64,000 nucleotides of DNA, from assembly GCA_964534125.1 (NCBI GenBank), contig CAZHOJ010000003.1, positions 265,188 to 329,187 of the forward strand. Direction: 5' to 3'. Shown here one piece after another: positions 1 through 8,151 of the stretch; within the stretch, counting starts at the first letter, position 1, and every line of letters starts with the position of its first letter. The translations under genes and the position numbers were made by a program. The notes beneath the pieces are model-generated. The model was not told the origin of the DNA. It worked only from the letters and a program-made list of their open reading frames with translations, and did no database searches. The DNA is from an uncultured Ignavibacteriaceae bacterium (lineage in GTDB: Bacteria > Bacteroidota > Ignavibacteria > UBA10030).

Positions 1-2
1 GA

Positions 3-296
3 CAGGATGCGGTCCTCCGCATGCTCGATGACCAGATCAGGGCCTACCGGAGCGGCGGAAAGTTCGCCGGTTCATTTCCCGAGCGCTGGCTCCCCTCCGC
101 GATGGCAGTACTGGGAGAGGGATTCACCGAGCAGAACAGAATGCTCAACAGCACGCTCAAGATGGTCCGGAGCCGCATCGTCGAGTTCTACAAGAACCGG
201 ATCGACTATATGCTGACGCCTGAAGGGAAAGAGGTGTGCAACCATCAGAACAGGACAATCATTCTGCGTCTCGATGAGCAGACGAACGGTTCGTAA
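3..296 (+). CDS. 3' end of an AMP-dependent acyl-CoA synthetase/ligase-like gene (partial, runs off the left edge)
   Basis: The frame is open from the window edge (QDAVLRMLDDQI..). The tail ..GFTEQNRMLNSTLKMVRSRIVEFYKNRI resembles the C-terminal end of long-chain acyl-CoA ligases. A hairpin plus T-run follows. Confidence 0.5.
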   Translation, partial: QDAVLRMLDDQIRAYRSGGKFAGSFPERWLPSAMAVLGEGFTEQNRMLNSTLKMVRSRIVEFYKNRIDYMLTPEGKEVCNHQNRTIILRLDEQTNGS

Positions 297-324
297 GGAT
301 TATCCGAACAAGATGGACTTTCAG

Positions 325-352
325 CCCCGGTCTGTTCCTGACCGGGGTTTTG
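325..352 (+). terminator. Intrinsic terminator
   Basis: CCCCGGTC (325-332), a 7-nt loop, GACCGGGG (340-347), then TTTTG. Confidence 0.7.
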
Positions 353-376
353 TATGAGACTTCTGTACCTTGAGGA

Positions 377-1096
377 ATGCCACCCCCGTCGCTCTCATTG
401 ACACCCATTGGTGTTATCCGCACGCCGTTCTCTTCGCGCTATTCCGCACCGAGACAACCTGGCACATCGAGGCGGCGGAGTGTCGGGACGATCACGCTTG
501 ATGCCGGACGGAACTTCGAGCAGGCGCTCGAGGACCTTGCCGGCTTCGAGTACGTGTGGATCCTCTTCTGGTTCGATCGTAATACGGGCTGGAAGCCGAA
601 AGTCCTGCCCCCGGCGAGCGACCGGAAGAAACGCGGCGTCTTTGCGACCCGCTCTCCCCACCGCCCCAATCCCATCGGCCTGTCTCTCTGCCGCCTCCTC
701 GAGGTCAAGGGCCGGACACTGAAGGTAGAAAATCCTGACCTGCTGGATAGAACACCCATCCTTGACATCAAGCCGTACATCCCGCACACGGAATCAAAGC
801 CGGGAGCCCGTGACGGTTGGATCGGCGATGCCCATGAGGACACCGAACGGCGGTTCAAGGTAACGATACGTCGGTCCGTCGTACAGCACGTGCGACAGAA
901 GGACATGCGCGGTGCAACAGAAATGCTCGACTATCTTCGGTCCGTCTTGTCGCGGGATCCGCACCCACATAATTACCGAAGGATCAAAGCTGCTGCAGAC
1001 GGCACAATGGAGATCGCGGTGAAGAAATGGAGGTTTGGATACCTGCTGAGAGGGATGAAGGTCAGCGTTGTGAAATGCTGGCGGGCTGATCTCTAA
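377..1096 (+). CDS. tsaA: tRNA m6t6A37 methyltransferase TsaA/TrmO (YaeB family)
   Basis: 239 aa with motifs IGVIRTPF, FEYVWILFWF, RSPHRPNPIGLS and DRTPILDIKPYIP, which are typical of the TsaA/YaeB fold. Confidence 0.85.
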   Translation: MPPPSLSLTPIGVIRTPFSSRYSAPRQPGTSRRRSVGTITLDAGRNFEQALEDLAGFEYVWILFWFDRNTGWKPKVLPPASDRKKRGVFATRSPHRPNPIGLSLCRLLEVKGRTLKVENPDLLDRTPILDIKPYIPHTESKPGARDGWIGDAHEDTERRFKVTIRRSVVQHVRQKDMRGATEMLDYLRSVLSRDPHPHNYRRIKAAADGTMEIAVKKWRFGYLLRGMKVSVVKCWRADL

Positions 1097-1109
1097 GACC
1101 TGCCCTACA

Positions 1110-1130
1110 CTCTTCGCTCTTCGCTCTTCG
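1110..1130. repeat. Tandem heptamer (CTCTTCG)x3 between convergent genes
   Basis: Three perfect head-to-tail copies, read directly from the sequence. Confidence 0.8.
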
Positions 1131-1151
1131 CTTCCTGCTTCCAACTCCCGC

Positions 1152-1430
1152 CTACTGCCTACTGTCCACTGCTCCCCAGTGTTCCTCCACCATCTCCCTC
1201 ACCCGTCGCAAGAGAGTTCTCCTGATCAGGTCGCTCGGGCATTCCTTCTCGAACGCGCCGCAGGCCTCGTCGGCCAGTGTGCGGGCTGCATCGCCCGATG
1301 GGGCCCCTTTGATCTTCTCTTCGATCCCACCACAATAGCGCTGAATGAGCTCCATCTGCTGCTGGCTGCTCATTCGCATGTAGCGTGCGTCGTCGAGAGG
1401 TTCTTCGTCCCCGAACATGATCGTCCCCAT
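1152..1430 (-). CDS. Hypothetical small acidic protein
   Basis: 92-aa ORF, co-directional with and 24 nt downstream of the DUF1858-like gene. The last codons (..AVDSRQ*) lie inside the CAGTAGGCAGTAG repeat. Confidence 0.5.
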   Translation of the reverse strand: MGTIMFGDEEPLDDARYMRMSSQQQMELIQRYCGGIEEKIKGAPSGDAARTLADEACGAFEKECPSDLIRRTLLRRVREMVEEHWGAVDSRQ

Positions 1431-1454
1431 GTGTCGTATTGCCTGATTCCCTGG

Positions 1455-1691
1455 TTATCCCCTGCCGGAGCCTGTCACGCCCTTTTTTTTATAGAGAGAC
1501 TCAAGTTCGTCAACGAGCGCGTCTATCTCCGCATCCGTATATCCCCTGGATCCCGCGATCCCTTCGATGGTCTCCCAGACAGGCTCACCGCAGGCGAGCG
1601 GTTTCATCCCTTTGCCGATAAGCACACTCACGGCATCCGGTAGGATGTCAACCAGCTCTTCGATCCACATACCGCGATGAATAGTCGCCAT
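1455..1691 (-). CDS. DUF1858-like (hybrid-cluster-protein-associated redox disulfide domain) protein
   Basis: 78 aa. ..ILPDAVSVLIGKGMKPLACGEPVWETIEGIA.. resembles DUF1858 proteins. It sits 19 nt downstream of the OsmC gene. Confidence 0.6.
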   Translation of the reverse strand: MATIHRGMWIEELVDILPDAVSVLIGKGMKPLACGEPVWETIEGIAGSRGYTDAEIDALVDELESLYKKKGVTGSGRG

Positions 1692-1710
1692 GGCATTGCC
1701 TTGCAGCTTT

Positions 1711-2166
1711 TTATTGGACCTCGATGACTGGTTCCACTGTCACGACTCCCTTGATCGAGTTCGAGATCAGACAGCTGTGATGCGCGTCCGACATCGTCTG
1801 TTTCGCCTGTTCGACCGCATCCTCAGACGCGACCACGACCTTCGGACGAACGACGACCTTCGTGAATGAATATCCGCCGTCGGTGAACTCCAGCGTCCCA
1901 TCTGCGCTGCTCTCATAGGATACGAGAGGTATCTTCAAGCGGGTGGCGAACGCGATGAACGTCGTCATCGTGCAGGCCTCAACGGCAGCGACAAAGAGGT
2001 CCTCTGGCGTCCACACCCCTGCCTCTCCCTTGAATTCCGGGGGACTTGCCACTCTGAACGAGGCTTTTCCATCCGAGGAGAGCTGTCCCGCGCGGTTCTC
2101 AAGCCAGGACAACTGCGTCGCGTAGCTGAACGATTTGTGTCTGACCTTTGGCTGACCCTGTTCCAT
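1711..2166 (-). CDS. OsmC/Ohr family peroxiredoxin-like protein
   Basis: Has PEDLFVAAVEACTMTTF and AHHSCLISNS (the two conserved Cys regions). The ORF is open up to 2217. I prefer the ATG at 2166 because GGAAAGGGA lies just upstream. Confidence 0.8.
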   Translation of the reverse strand: MEQGQPKVRHKSFSYATQLSWLENRAGQLSSDGKASFRVASPPEFKGEAGVWTPEDLFVAAVEACTMTTFIAFATRLKIPLVSYESSADGTLEFTDGGYSFTKVVVRPKVVVASEDAVEQAKQTMSDAHHSCLISNSIKGVVTVEPVIEVQ

Positions 2167-2380
2167 CTGATCCCTTTCCACGTATCTGTGAATACCAATA
2201 AGATGCGTGATCCGCATCGAAGATTCGTGCCCTGATTTCCGAAAAGCGGACGATTCCTCTCATTTTCCGGAATCCGTCCGCCGGGGGTGCATCCGGCAGG
2301 ACCATGAAATCCCATAAAATCCGGGCCCTTTGCGTTGTCTGTGCCCGCCACGAAGGGGCACGTTTTTTGAGACTTCTTAT

Positions 2381-2395
2381 TGACAATAATTGTCA
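2381..2395. promoter_or_regulatory. Fur-family operator candidate (perfect 7-1-7 palindrome TGACAAT-A-ATTGTCA)
   Basis: Perfect inverted repeat that overlaps a TTGACA hexamer (2380-2385). It lies 17 nt upstream of the fur-family start codon. Confidence 0.65.
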
Positions 2396-2411
2396 TTAAT
2401 TTTCACACACA

Positions 2412-2876
2412 ATGAGCACAAAGCACGAACGGGAACTTCACAGCCGGATACGGTCGCAGCACCTGCGCATGACGGTGCCACGGCGGTCGATCATCAAGGT
2501 GCTGAGTTCGACGGTCCAGCATCTCTCTGCGGAAGAGGTGTACAAGCGCGTCCACCGGACCCATCCGACCATCAGCCTGAAGACGGTGTATCGAACGCTC
2601 GACATCCTTGCGGCGATGGGTGTCGTCGCCAGGCTTCACTTCGGGGACGGCAAAGGCCGCTATGAACTGAACAAGAATCCACAGAAGCCCGAGCATCATC
2701 ACCATCTCGTCTGCACCGTCTGCAAACGCGTCATCGAGTACGATGATTTCATGGAAGAAGAGGTCGCCCTCATCCGGAAGCTCGAGAAACAATTGTCGCT
2801 GAAACATCGGTTCGACATCTCGGACCACATGATCCAGTTCTACGGTCAATGTCAGCCGTGCCGGGGAAGATCCTGA
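2412..2876 (+). CDS. Fur family transcriptional regulator (Zur/Fur-like)
   Basis: Winged-helix region (RRSIIKVL..EEVY..ISLKTVYRTLDIL), HHHHLVC, and two CxxC pairs (CTVC, CQPC). Confidence 0.9.
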   Translation: MSTKHERELHSRIRSQHLRMTVPRRSIIKVLSSTVQHLSAEEVYKRVHRTHPTISLKTVYRTLDILAAMGVVARLHFGDGKGRYELNKNPQKPEHHHHLVCTVCKRVIEYDDFMEEEVALIRKLEKQLSLKHRFDISDHMIQFYGQCQPCRGRS

Positions 2877-2892
2877 CACAACGGAAATCACC

Positions 2893-3339
2893 ATGGAAAA
2901 GCCCATAAAGATCGGCATCATCATCTGCCACCGGTATCATACGTGTGCCGGTGGAAAGTGCTTCCGATCGCTGCGCAATCGTGAGGGAGCTTTCAGCAGG
3001 TACAAAAACAGTGCTGTCGAAGTAGTCGGGTATACCACGTGTGCCGGTTGCCCCGGAGGCAACGTGGAGTACGCCCCGGAGGAAATGAAGCGGAATGGTG
3101 CCGAGGCCGTTCACTTTGCCACCGGTCTCGTCGTCGGATACCCTCCCTGCCCCTATGTCTTCTCCTTCCGCGACACGATACGGCAGAAGTACGGCATGGA
3201 GGTCGTGATCGGAACACACCCGATACCGCGGTCGTACTATGAGACCCATATGGCGCTGCATACATGGGACGACCCTGCATGGCAGGAGATCATCGGACCG
3301 CTTCTTGATGATGACACAATGATGGATGCGTATTCGTAG
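2893..3339 (+). CDS. CGGC-domain protein (Cys-rich, putative metal binding)
   Basis: IGIIICHRYHTCAGGKCF .. VVGYTTCAGCPGG .. YPPCPY matches the CGGC-domain layout. It starts 17 nt after the fur-family stop. Confidence 0.7.
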   Translation: MEKPIKIGIIICHRYHTCAGGKCFRSLRNREGAFSRYKNSAVEVVGYTTCAGCPGGNVEYAPEEMKRNGAEAVHFATGLVVGYPPCPYVFSFRDTIRQKYGMEVVIGTHPIPRSYYETHMALHTWDDPAWQEIIGPLLDDDTMMDAYS

Positions 3340-3356
3340 ACAGCAGTTCACGGTGA

Positions 3357-3851
3357 ATGACGTCACGGAAGCACACATATGGTATTCGGATCTACCCCGA
3401 CCCCGTGCTCCGGCAGGTCGCACACGCCGTCGATACAGTCGACGGACCAACGGTCGATGTCCTGCGCGCAATGGTCTCACAGATGTACGCGCGCGGAGGG
3501 ATCGGCCTCGCGGCAACGCAGGTGGGCGTTCTCAGGCGGATGATCATAGCGGACGTGGGGGACGGCCTCGTCTCCTTCATCAATCCGCTCATCCTCGACC
3601 GTTCGGGAGAATCCTCTCTCCTCGAAGGTTGCCTGAGTCTGCCGGACATAGGGGTCCATATCACACGCAGTGAGCGTATCACCGTCACAGGGCTTGACCG
3701 GGAGGGCGCAGAGACGACCCTCGAGCCCGACGGGCTCATGGCGCGGGTCATCCAACACGAGATCGATCACCTCGACGGCATTCTGATCATCGACCATGGG
3801 CCGCAGATCGATCTTCGCGAGCACGAGAACGCTCAGCCACACGCGGGATAG
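3357..3851 (+). CDS. def: Peptide deformylase
   Basis: All three signature motifs are present: GIGLAATQVG, EGCLSLP and QHEIDHLDG. Confidence 0.95.
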   Translation: MTSRKHTYGIRIYPDPVLRQVAHAVDTVDGPTVDVLRAMVSQMYARGGIGLAATQVGVLRRMIIADVGDGLVSFINPLILDRSGESSLLEGCLSLPDIGVHITRSERITVTGLDREGAETTLEPDGLMARVIQHEIDHLDGILIIDHGPQIDLREHENAQPHAG

Positions 3852-3884
3852 GTCGATCCCGCCCGTACACAAGGGAGTCATACC

Positions 3885-4289
3885 ATGCGGATAGCTGTCG
3901 CGACAGAGAATGGAAGGACGATCTCCGCTCATTTCGGACGGAGCCCCCTGTTCGCGATCTACGATATCGCCAACGGGACATTCACACAAAAAGAGCTGCG
4001 GAAGAACACCTTCACACAGCATTTCAAAGAGGGACATCAGCACGGGGAGGGACACGGGCAGGGCGCACATCATCATGGCGAAGGCCATGGAGACGGGCAT
4101 CGCGGCGTTGCCGCGGGGCTCAGCGATTGCCAGGTGGTCATCAGCCACGGCATGGGGCGGCGCGCCGTCGATGACCTCACCGCAGCGGGAAAGGAGATCT
4201 TCGTCACATCGGAGACCGATGTCCAGACGGCCGTTCGTGCCTGGATCGACAAGACGCTCACGACCGATGAACGGAGGATCCACGGGTGA
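3885..4289 (+). CDS. NifB/NifX-type (dinitrogenase FeMo-cofactor-binding fold) protein with a His-rich insert
   Basis: MRIAVATENGRTISAHFGRSPLFAIYD .. VVISHGMGRRAVDDL is typical of the NifX/NifB C-terminal domain family. The insert HFKEGHQHGEGHGQGAHHHGEGHGDGH lies at nt 4020-4100. Confidence 0.7.
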   Translation: MRIAVATENGRTISAHFGRSPLFAIYDIANGTFTQKELRKNTFTQHFKEGHQHGEGHGQGAHHHGEGHGDGHRGVAAGLSDCQVVISHGMGRRAVDDLTAAGKEIFVTSETDVQTAVRAWIDKTLTTDERRIHG

Positions 4290-4819
4290 GCGCGCCGGCG
4301 GAAGACCATCTCGACGGCCTTTCACGCGACGAACTGAAACGGCTCGTGCGCATGTATGCCAAGAACTGGCTTGCACATGACGGATGCTGGTTCCTCGCGG
4401 CAGAAGAGAAGTACGGTATGGATGCGGCCATGGAACTCGACGCAAAGTCCTGGGAGCGATTCGCAGCTGCAGAGGCGAAACGTATCATGCGGGAGTTCGA
4501 CGTCCCTCCCAACGGTGGATTGACATCCCTGGAAAAGGCCTTCCGCTACCGGCTGTACGCCGTCCTGAATCCCCAGCGAATCGAGAGGGTGGATGACCAT
4601 ACCCTCATCTTCAGAATGGTCGAGTGCCGCGTGCAGTCCGCCAGACATCAGAAGAACCTGCTGGATTTCCCCTGCAAGAGCGTTGGTATCGTGGAGTTCA
4701 CGCACTTCGCCCGCGCCATCGACCCGCGCATCCGCACCCGGTGCATCGCCTGCCCGCCTGACGAGACGTCGGAATTCGCGTGTGCATGGGAGTTCACGAT
4801 GGGCGTGGGCACAGAATGA
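4286..4819 (+). CDS. DUF6125-like cytosolic protein
   Basis: 177 aa. ..YAKNWLAHDGCWFLAAEEKYGMD.. resembles DUF6125 / ATC-hydrolase-like proteins as I recall them. Its ATG overlaps the upstream stop by 4 nt. Confidence 0.5.
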   Translation: MSAPAEDHLDGLSRDELKRLVRMYAKNWLAHDGCWFLAAEEKYGMDAAMELDAKSWERFAAAEAKRIMREFDVPPNGGLTSLEKAFRYRLYAVLNPQRIERVDDHTLIFRMVECRVQSARHQKNLLDFPCKSVGIVEFTHFARAIDPRIRTRCIACPPDETSEFACAWEFTMGVGTE

Positions 4820-5844
4820 GCTCTTTCCTCCCCATCCTCAACCAAACGCTGATGGTCACTGGCTTCGTCCTCGTGATGATGCTCGTGATCGAATATGTGC
4901 ATGTCCTGACGGCCGGCCAATGGCAGAAGCGTCTCCTGCGGTCCGGATTCAGCCAATATGCTCTGGCCGCACTCCTGGGGGCGACACCGGGCTGCCTGGG
5001 CGCCTTCGCTGTGGTCGCCATGTACTCCCATCGCATGGTCTCCCTGGGAGCGCTGGTCGCAGCCATGATCGCGACCAGCGGTGACGAGAGTTTTGTGATG
5101 TTCGCCCTCATTCCGCGGGAGGCCGTTATCCTGACGGGAGTTCTGTTCGTCACCGGTGTTCTCGGAGGCTATCTGACCGACGGTGTCCTTCGCCGTTCAG
5201 GCGATCTCCAGGCGGAACCCTGCAAAGGCCTCGCGTTGCATCAGGAGAACGCATGCCGCTGCTACCCCAGGGGAGAGATCCTCGCGCAGCTGCGGGCTTT
5301 GTCCCCGTTCCGCGCAGTCCTGCTGCTCGTCCTGGCATTGTTCATGTTCTCCGTCGTCCAGGGACAGCTCGGACCCGAGGAGTGGGGCTGGGTGCGATCG
5401 TCCATATTGCTGGCTGCGGCCATCGGATTCTTCATCGTCCTGACAGTGCCGGACCATTTTCTCGAAGAACATCTTTGGAACCACATCGCCCGCCGTCACG
5501 TGCCGCGCATCTTCCTCTGGACGCTGGGCTCGCTCCTTGTGCTGGATGTGCTGCTCGTCCAGCTCGACCTGACCTCGGTGATCCAGGAATCACCCTGGCT
5601 CGTCCTCGGCGCCAGCTCTCTGGTCGGCATCGTCCCGGAGTCCGGGCCCCATCTGATCTTTGTTACGCTGTTCCACAGCGGAACGGTCCCCTTCAGCATC
5701 CTGCTCGCCAGCTCCATCGTTCAGGACGGGCATGGCATGCTGCCGGTGCTCGCTCATTCCCGCCGAACATTCGTCGTGGTAAAGGCCATCAATCTTGTGA
5801 TCGGCGCAGGCATCGGAGCCCTCGCGCTGGGATTGGGACTGTAA
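4816..5844 (+). CDS. Polytopic membrane protein, ArsP_2-like putative heavy-metal exporter
   Basis: About 10 predicted TM segments. GATPGCLGAF and SGDESF motifs. ATGA overlap with the upstream gene (ATG 4816, TGA 4817-4819). Confidence 0.6.
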   Translation: MSSFLPILNQTLMVTGFVLVMMLVIEYVHVLTAGQWQKRLLRSGFSQYALAALLGATPGCLGAFAVVAMYSHRMVSLGALVAAMIATSGDESFVMFALIPREAVILTGVLFVTGVLGGYLTDGVLRRSGDLQAEPCKGLALHQENACRCYPRGEILAQLRALSPFRAVLLLVLALFMFSVVQGQLGPEEWGWVRSSILLAAAIGFFIVLTVPDHFLEEHLWNHIARRHVPRIFLWTLGSLLVLDVLLVQLDLTSVIQESPWLVLGASSLVGIVPESGPHLIFVTLFHSGTVPFSILLASSIVQDGHGMLPVLAHSRRTFVVVKAINLVIGAGIGALALGLGL

Positions 5845-5882
5845 TTTTTGGTATTTTTCAATTCATCTACGGATCAACGTCT

Positions 5883-7139
5883 ATGAGAATGCGTTTTCCC
5901 TTCATCGTACTGGTTCTTCTTGTACTGTTGCTCGCACCGGCAGTTGTAGCCCAGGATGCGTCCACACAGGGTTCGCCGTTCAGCCAGGCGAAGTTCGTCC
6001 CGGACATCTCCTTCATCATGGATGTGTCCGCTTTGATGCGCAATATCAGAGATGACGAGTACTCCCACCTTTCCGTTCCCGGCCTGGAGCCTGCGGAAGC
6101 CCATGGGCACGGACATGAGACAGCGTCAGAGGGAGTGAACCTGAACTATGCGGAGATCGTCATCGCTTCCATCGTCGACCCATACTTCGAGGTCTTCTCC
6201 GTGCTGCACGTGTCCCACGAGTCCACCGCCCTCGAAGAAGCGTTCCTGTTGACGAGAAAACTGCCTGCGGGGCTCCAGTTCAAGGCCGGAAAGTTCCTGT
6301 CCGGATTCGGCCGCATCAATGACGTTCATCCGCACTACTGGAGCTTCTCTGACCGGCCGTTGATACACTCAGCGCTGTTCGGGGACGAAGGACTGAACGA
6401 GGTCGGCGCACGCCTCACTATCGTCCCGCCGACCGACCTGTTCCTCTCGCTCGGCATCGAGGTCCTTATGGGAGAGAACGAGACCAGCTTCGGCCGCGAG
6501 GCGATCAGCGATGCGGCAGGGACCGTGTCCGTGAGTCCGGTCTTCGGCCCGGGGCTGCTTGTCGGAACGCTCAAAGCGTCGACCGACATAGGCGAAACGA
6601 CGATCCTTGCCGGGCTTTCCGTCGCACGCGGCGCTGCACGGCATGCGCATGATGAAGCGGGCGCCAGCGGCACATCGACAATTCTCGGCGGGGACCTGAC
6701 CATCCTGCACACATTCGATGCCGTGCGGTATCTCAGGGTCCAGGCAGAATATGTCCGCCGGGAGATGACCGGCACGAAGTATGACTTCCCGGCCTCTCTC
6801 CCTGTGACCATATCATCGCTGGAAAGGACGACCGACGGTCTGTATGCACAGGCCGTCCTGAAGTTCGCTCTGCGGATGCGTGCCGGGGTTCGTTTTGACC
6901 TGCTCAGAAGTCATGAACTGACGGTGCAGGGAACAAAGACCGTGTTCCCGGACAATCTCGCCAGGGTGACCGGCATGGCAGAGTTCAACGCCACAGAGTT
7001 CTCACGGCTGCGAGTGCAGTACAGATACGATACATCCCTGCATGAGGAGACTGCAACAGGGTTCAAGCAGGTACCTGTCCACGAGGTATCACTGCAGTTG
7101 AATCTCGCCATCGGCGCCCATGGCGCGCATTCATTCTGA
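5883..7139 (+). CDS. Putative outer-membrane beta-barrel protein with an HGHGH motif
   Basis: Signal peptide MRMRFPFIVLVLLVLLLAPAVVAQDAS, alternating beta-strand-like composition, and a C-terminal ..HGAHSF. The longer ORF from 5253 overlaps the previous gene and is rejected. Confidence 0.6.
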   Translation: MRMRFPFIVLVLLVLLLAPAVVAQDASTQGSPFSQAKFVPDISFIMDVSALMRNIRDDEYSHLSVPGLEPAEAHGHGHETASEGVNLNYAEIVIASIVDPYFEVFSVLHVSHESTALEEAFLLTRKLPAGLQFKAGKFLSGFGRINDVHPHYWSFSDRPLIHSALFGDEGLNEVGARLTIVPPTDLFLSLGIEVLMGENETSFGREAISDAAGTVSVSPVFGPGLLVGTLKASTDIGETTILAGLSVARGAARHAHDEAGASGTSTILGGDLTILHTFDAVRYLRVQAEYVRREMTGTKYDFPASLPVTISSLERTTDGLYAQAVLKFALRMRAGVRFDLLRSHELTVQGTKTVFPDNLARVTGMAEFNATEFSRLRVQYRYDTSLHEETATGFKQVPVHEVSLQLNLAIGAHGAHSF

Positions 7140-7157
7140 CCGACAAGGAAGGACTTC

Positions 7158-8051
7158 ATGAAACACATTATCACGGTGATCGCATTCATTCTTCTCCTTC
7201 ATATGCCGCTCGCCGCAGACCCGCTGCATGTGGTCGTGACGTACCCGTACATCGGAGACCTCGTCGAGCGCATCGGCGGTGATAATGTGACGGTGTTCGT
7301 GCTGGCCCGCGGGGATTACAATCCTCACATCATCATCCCCCGTCCTTCCTTCATCGCGCAGGTCCGGCGGGCCGACCTCGTCATCATCAACGGAGCACAG
7401 CTCGAGATAGGCTGGATGCCCCCGCTCCTGCGTCAGGCGAACAATCCCTCCGTCCAACCCGGCGAACCCGGTTTTCTGGACCTTTCCGGTTCGGTCAACC
7501 TGATCGATAAGCCTGAGTCGGTGTCCCGCGAGAAAGGGGACATTCACCCCGACGGCAATCCTCATTTCTATCTCGACCCGGAGAACATCCCTCTGATCGC
7601 CGAGGCCATTTCCGGAAGGCTGACGCAGCTCGACCCGGACAACGCTGCCCGGTATGGCGCACGGCTGAGCTCGTTCCGCGAGACCTGGTCGGCGAAGCTT
7701 GCCGAATGGAGCGCTGCCATGAAACCGCTCTCCGGGACGCCGGTCATCGAGTACCACAAGATCTTCGACTACTTCCTCCATCGGTACAATATCACGCTCG
7801 CCGGAACGGTGGAACCGCTGCCGGGCATTCCGCCGACCTCGCGGCACATGGAGCAGCTCGAATCGCTGCTGAAGACCCGTCCGGTCCATCTTGTCCTCCA
7901 GGATGTGTACAATCCGGCCGATGCATCGAAGCTGCTTGCGGAAACGTTCGGGTTGCGTCTCACTGTCCTTCCCCACGACGTGGGGGCAACCGGTGAAGCG
8001 ACCTCGATCGTGTCGCTGTTCGATGACATGGTCCGGAGAATGTCAGAGTGA
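7158..8051 (+). CDS. Metal ABC transporter substrate-binding protein (ZnuA/TroA cluster A-I type), copy 1
   Basis: Signal peptide, GDYNPH, DIHPDGNPHFYLDP, and a long linker-helix region typical of the family. Confidence 0.85.
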   Translation: MKHIITVIAFILLLHMPLAADPLHVVVTYPYIGDLVERIGGDNVTVFVLARGDYNPHIIIPRPSFIAQVRRADLVIINGAQLEIGWMPPLLRQANNPSVQPGEPGFLDLSGSVNLIDKPESVSREKGDIHPDGNPHFYLDPENIPLIAEAISGRLTQLDPDNAARYGARLSSFRETWSAKLAEWSAAMKPLSGTPVIEYHKIFDYFLHRYNITLAGTVEPLPGIPPTSRHMEQLESLLKTRPVHLVLQDVYNPADASKLLAETFGLRLTVLPHDVGATGEATSIVSLFDDMVRRMSE

Positions 8052-8151
8052 CCGGCGAATCACTCCGACGGACGATCAACGAACAACAGCAGCAGGACCA
8101 TACGGAACCTGCCGGCAACGGGTGTCCGTTCGATCCCGGAGGAGGTGTTAC

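Noticed and set aside
5253-5882. A 210-codon N-terminal extension of the outer-membrane protein ORF (5253-7139, 628 aa).
   Set aside because: The extension overlaps the ArsP_2-like gene in another frame and is Arg/Pro-rich. A canonical signal peptide starts at Met 5883.
7891-8151. An N-terminal extension of the second binding-protein ORF back to 7891.
   Set aside because: It overlaps the 3' end of copy 1. The signal peptide and the GGAGGAGG RBS define the start at 8152.
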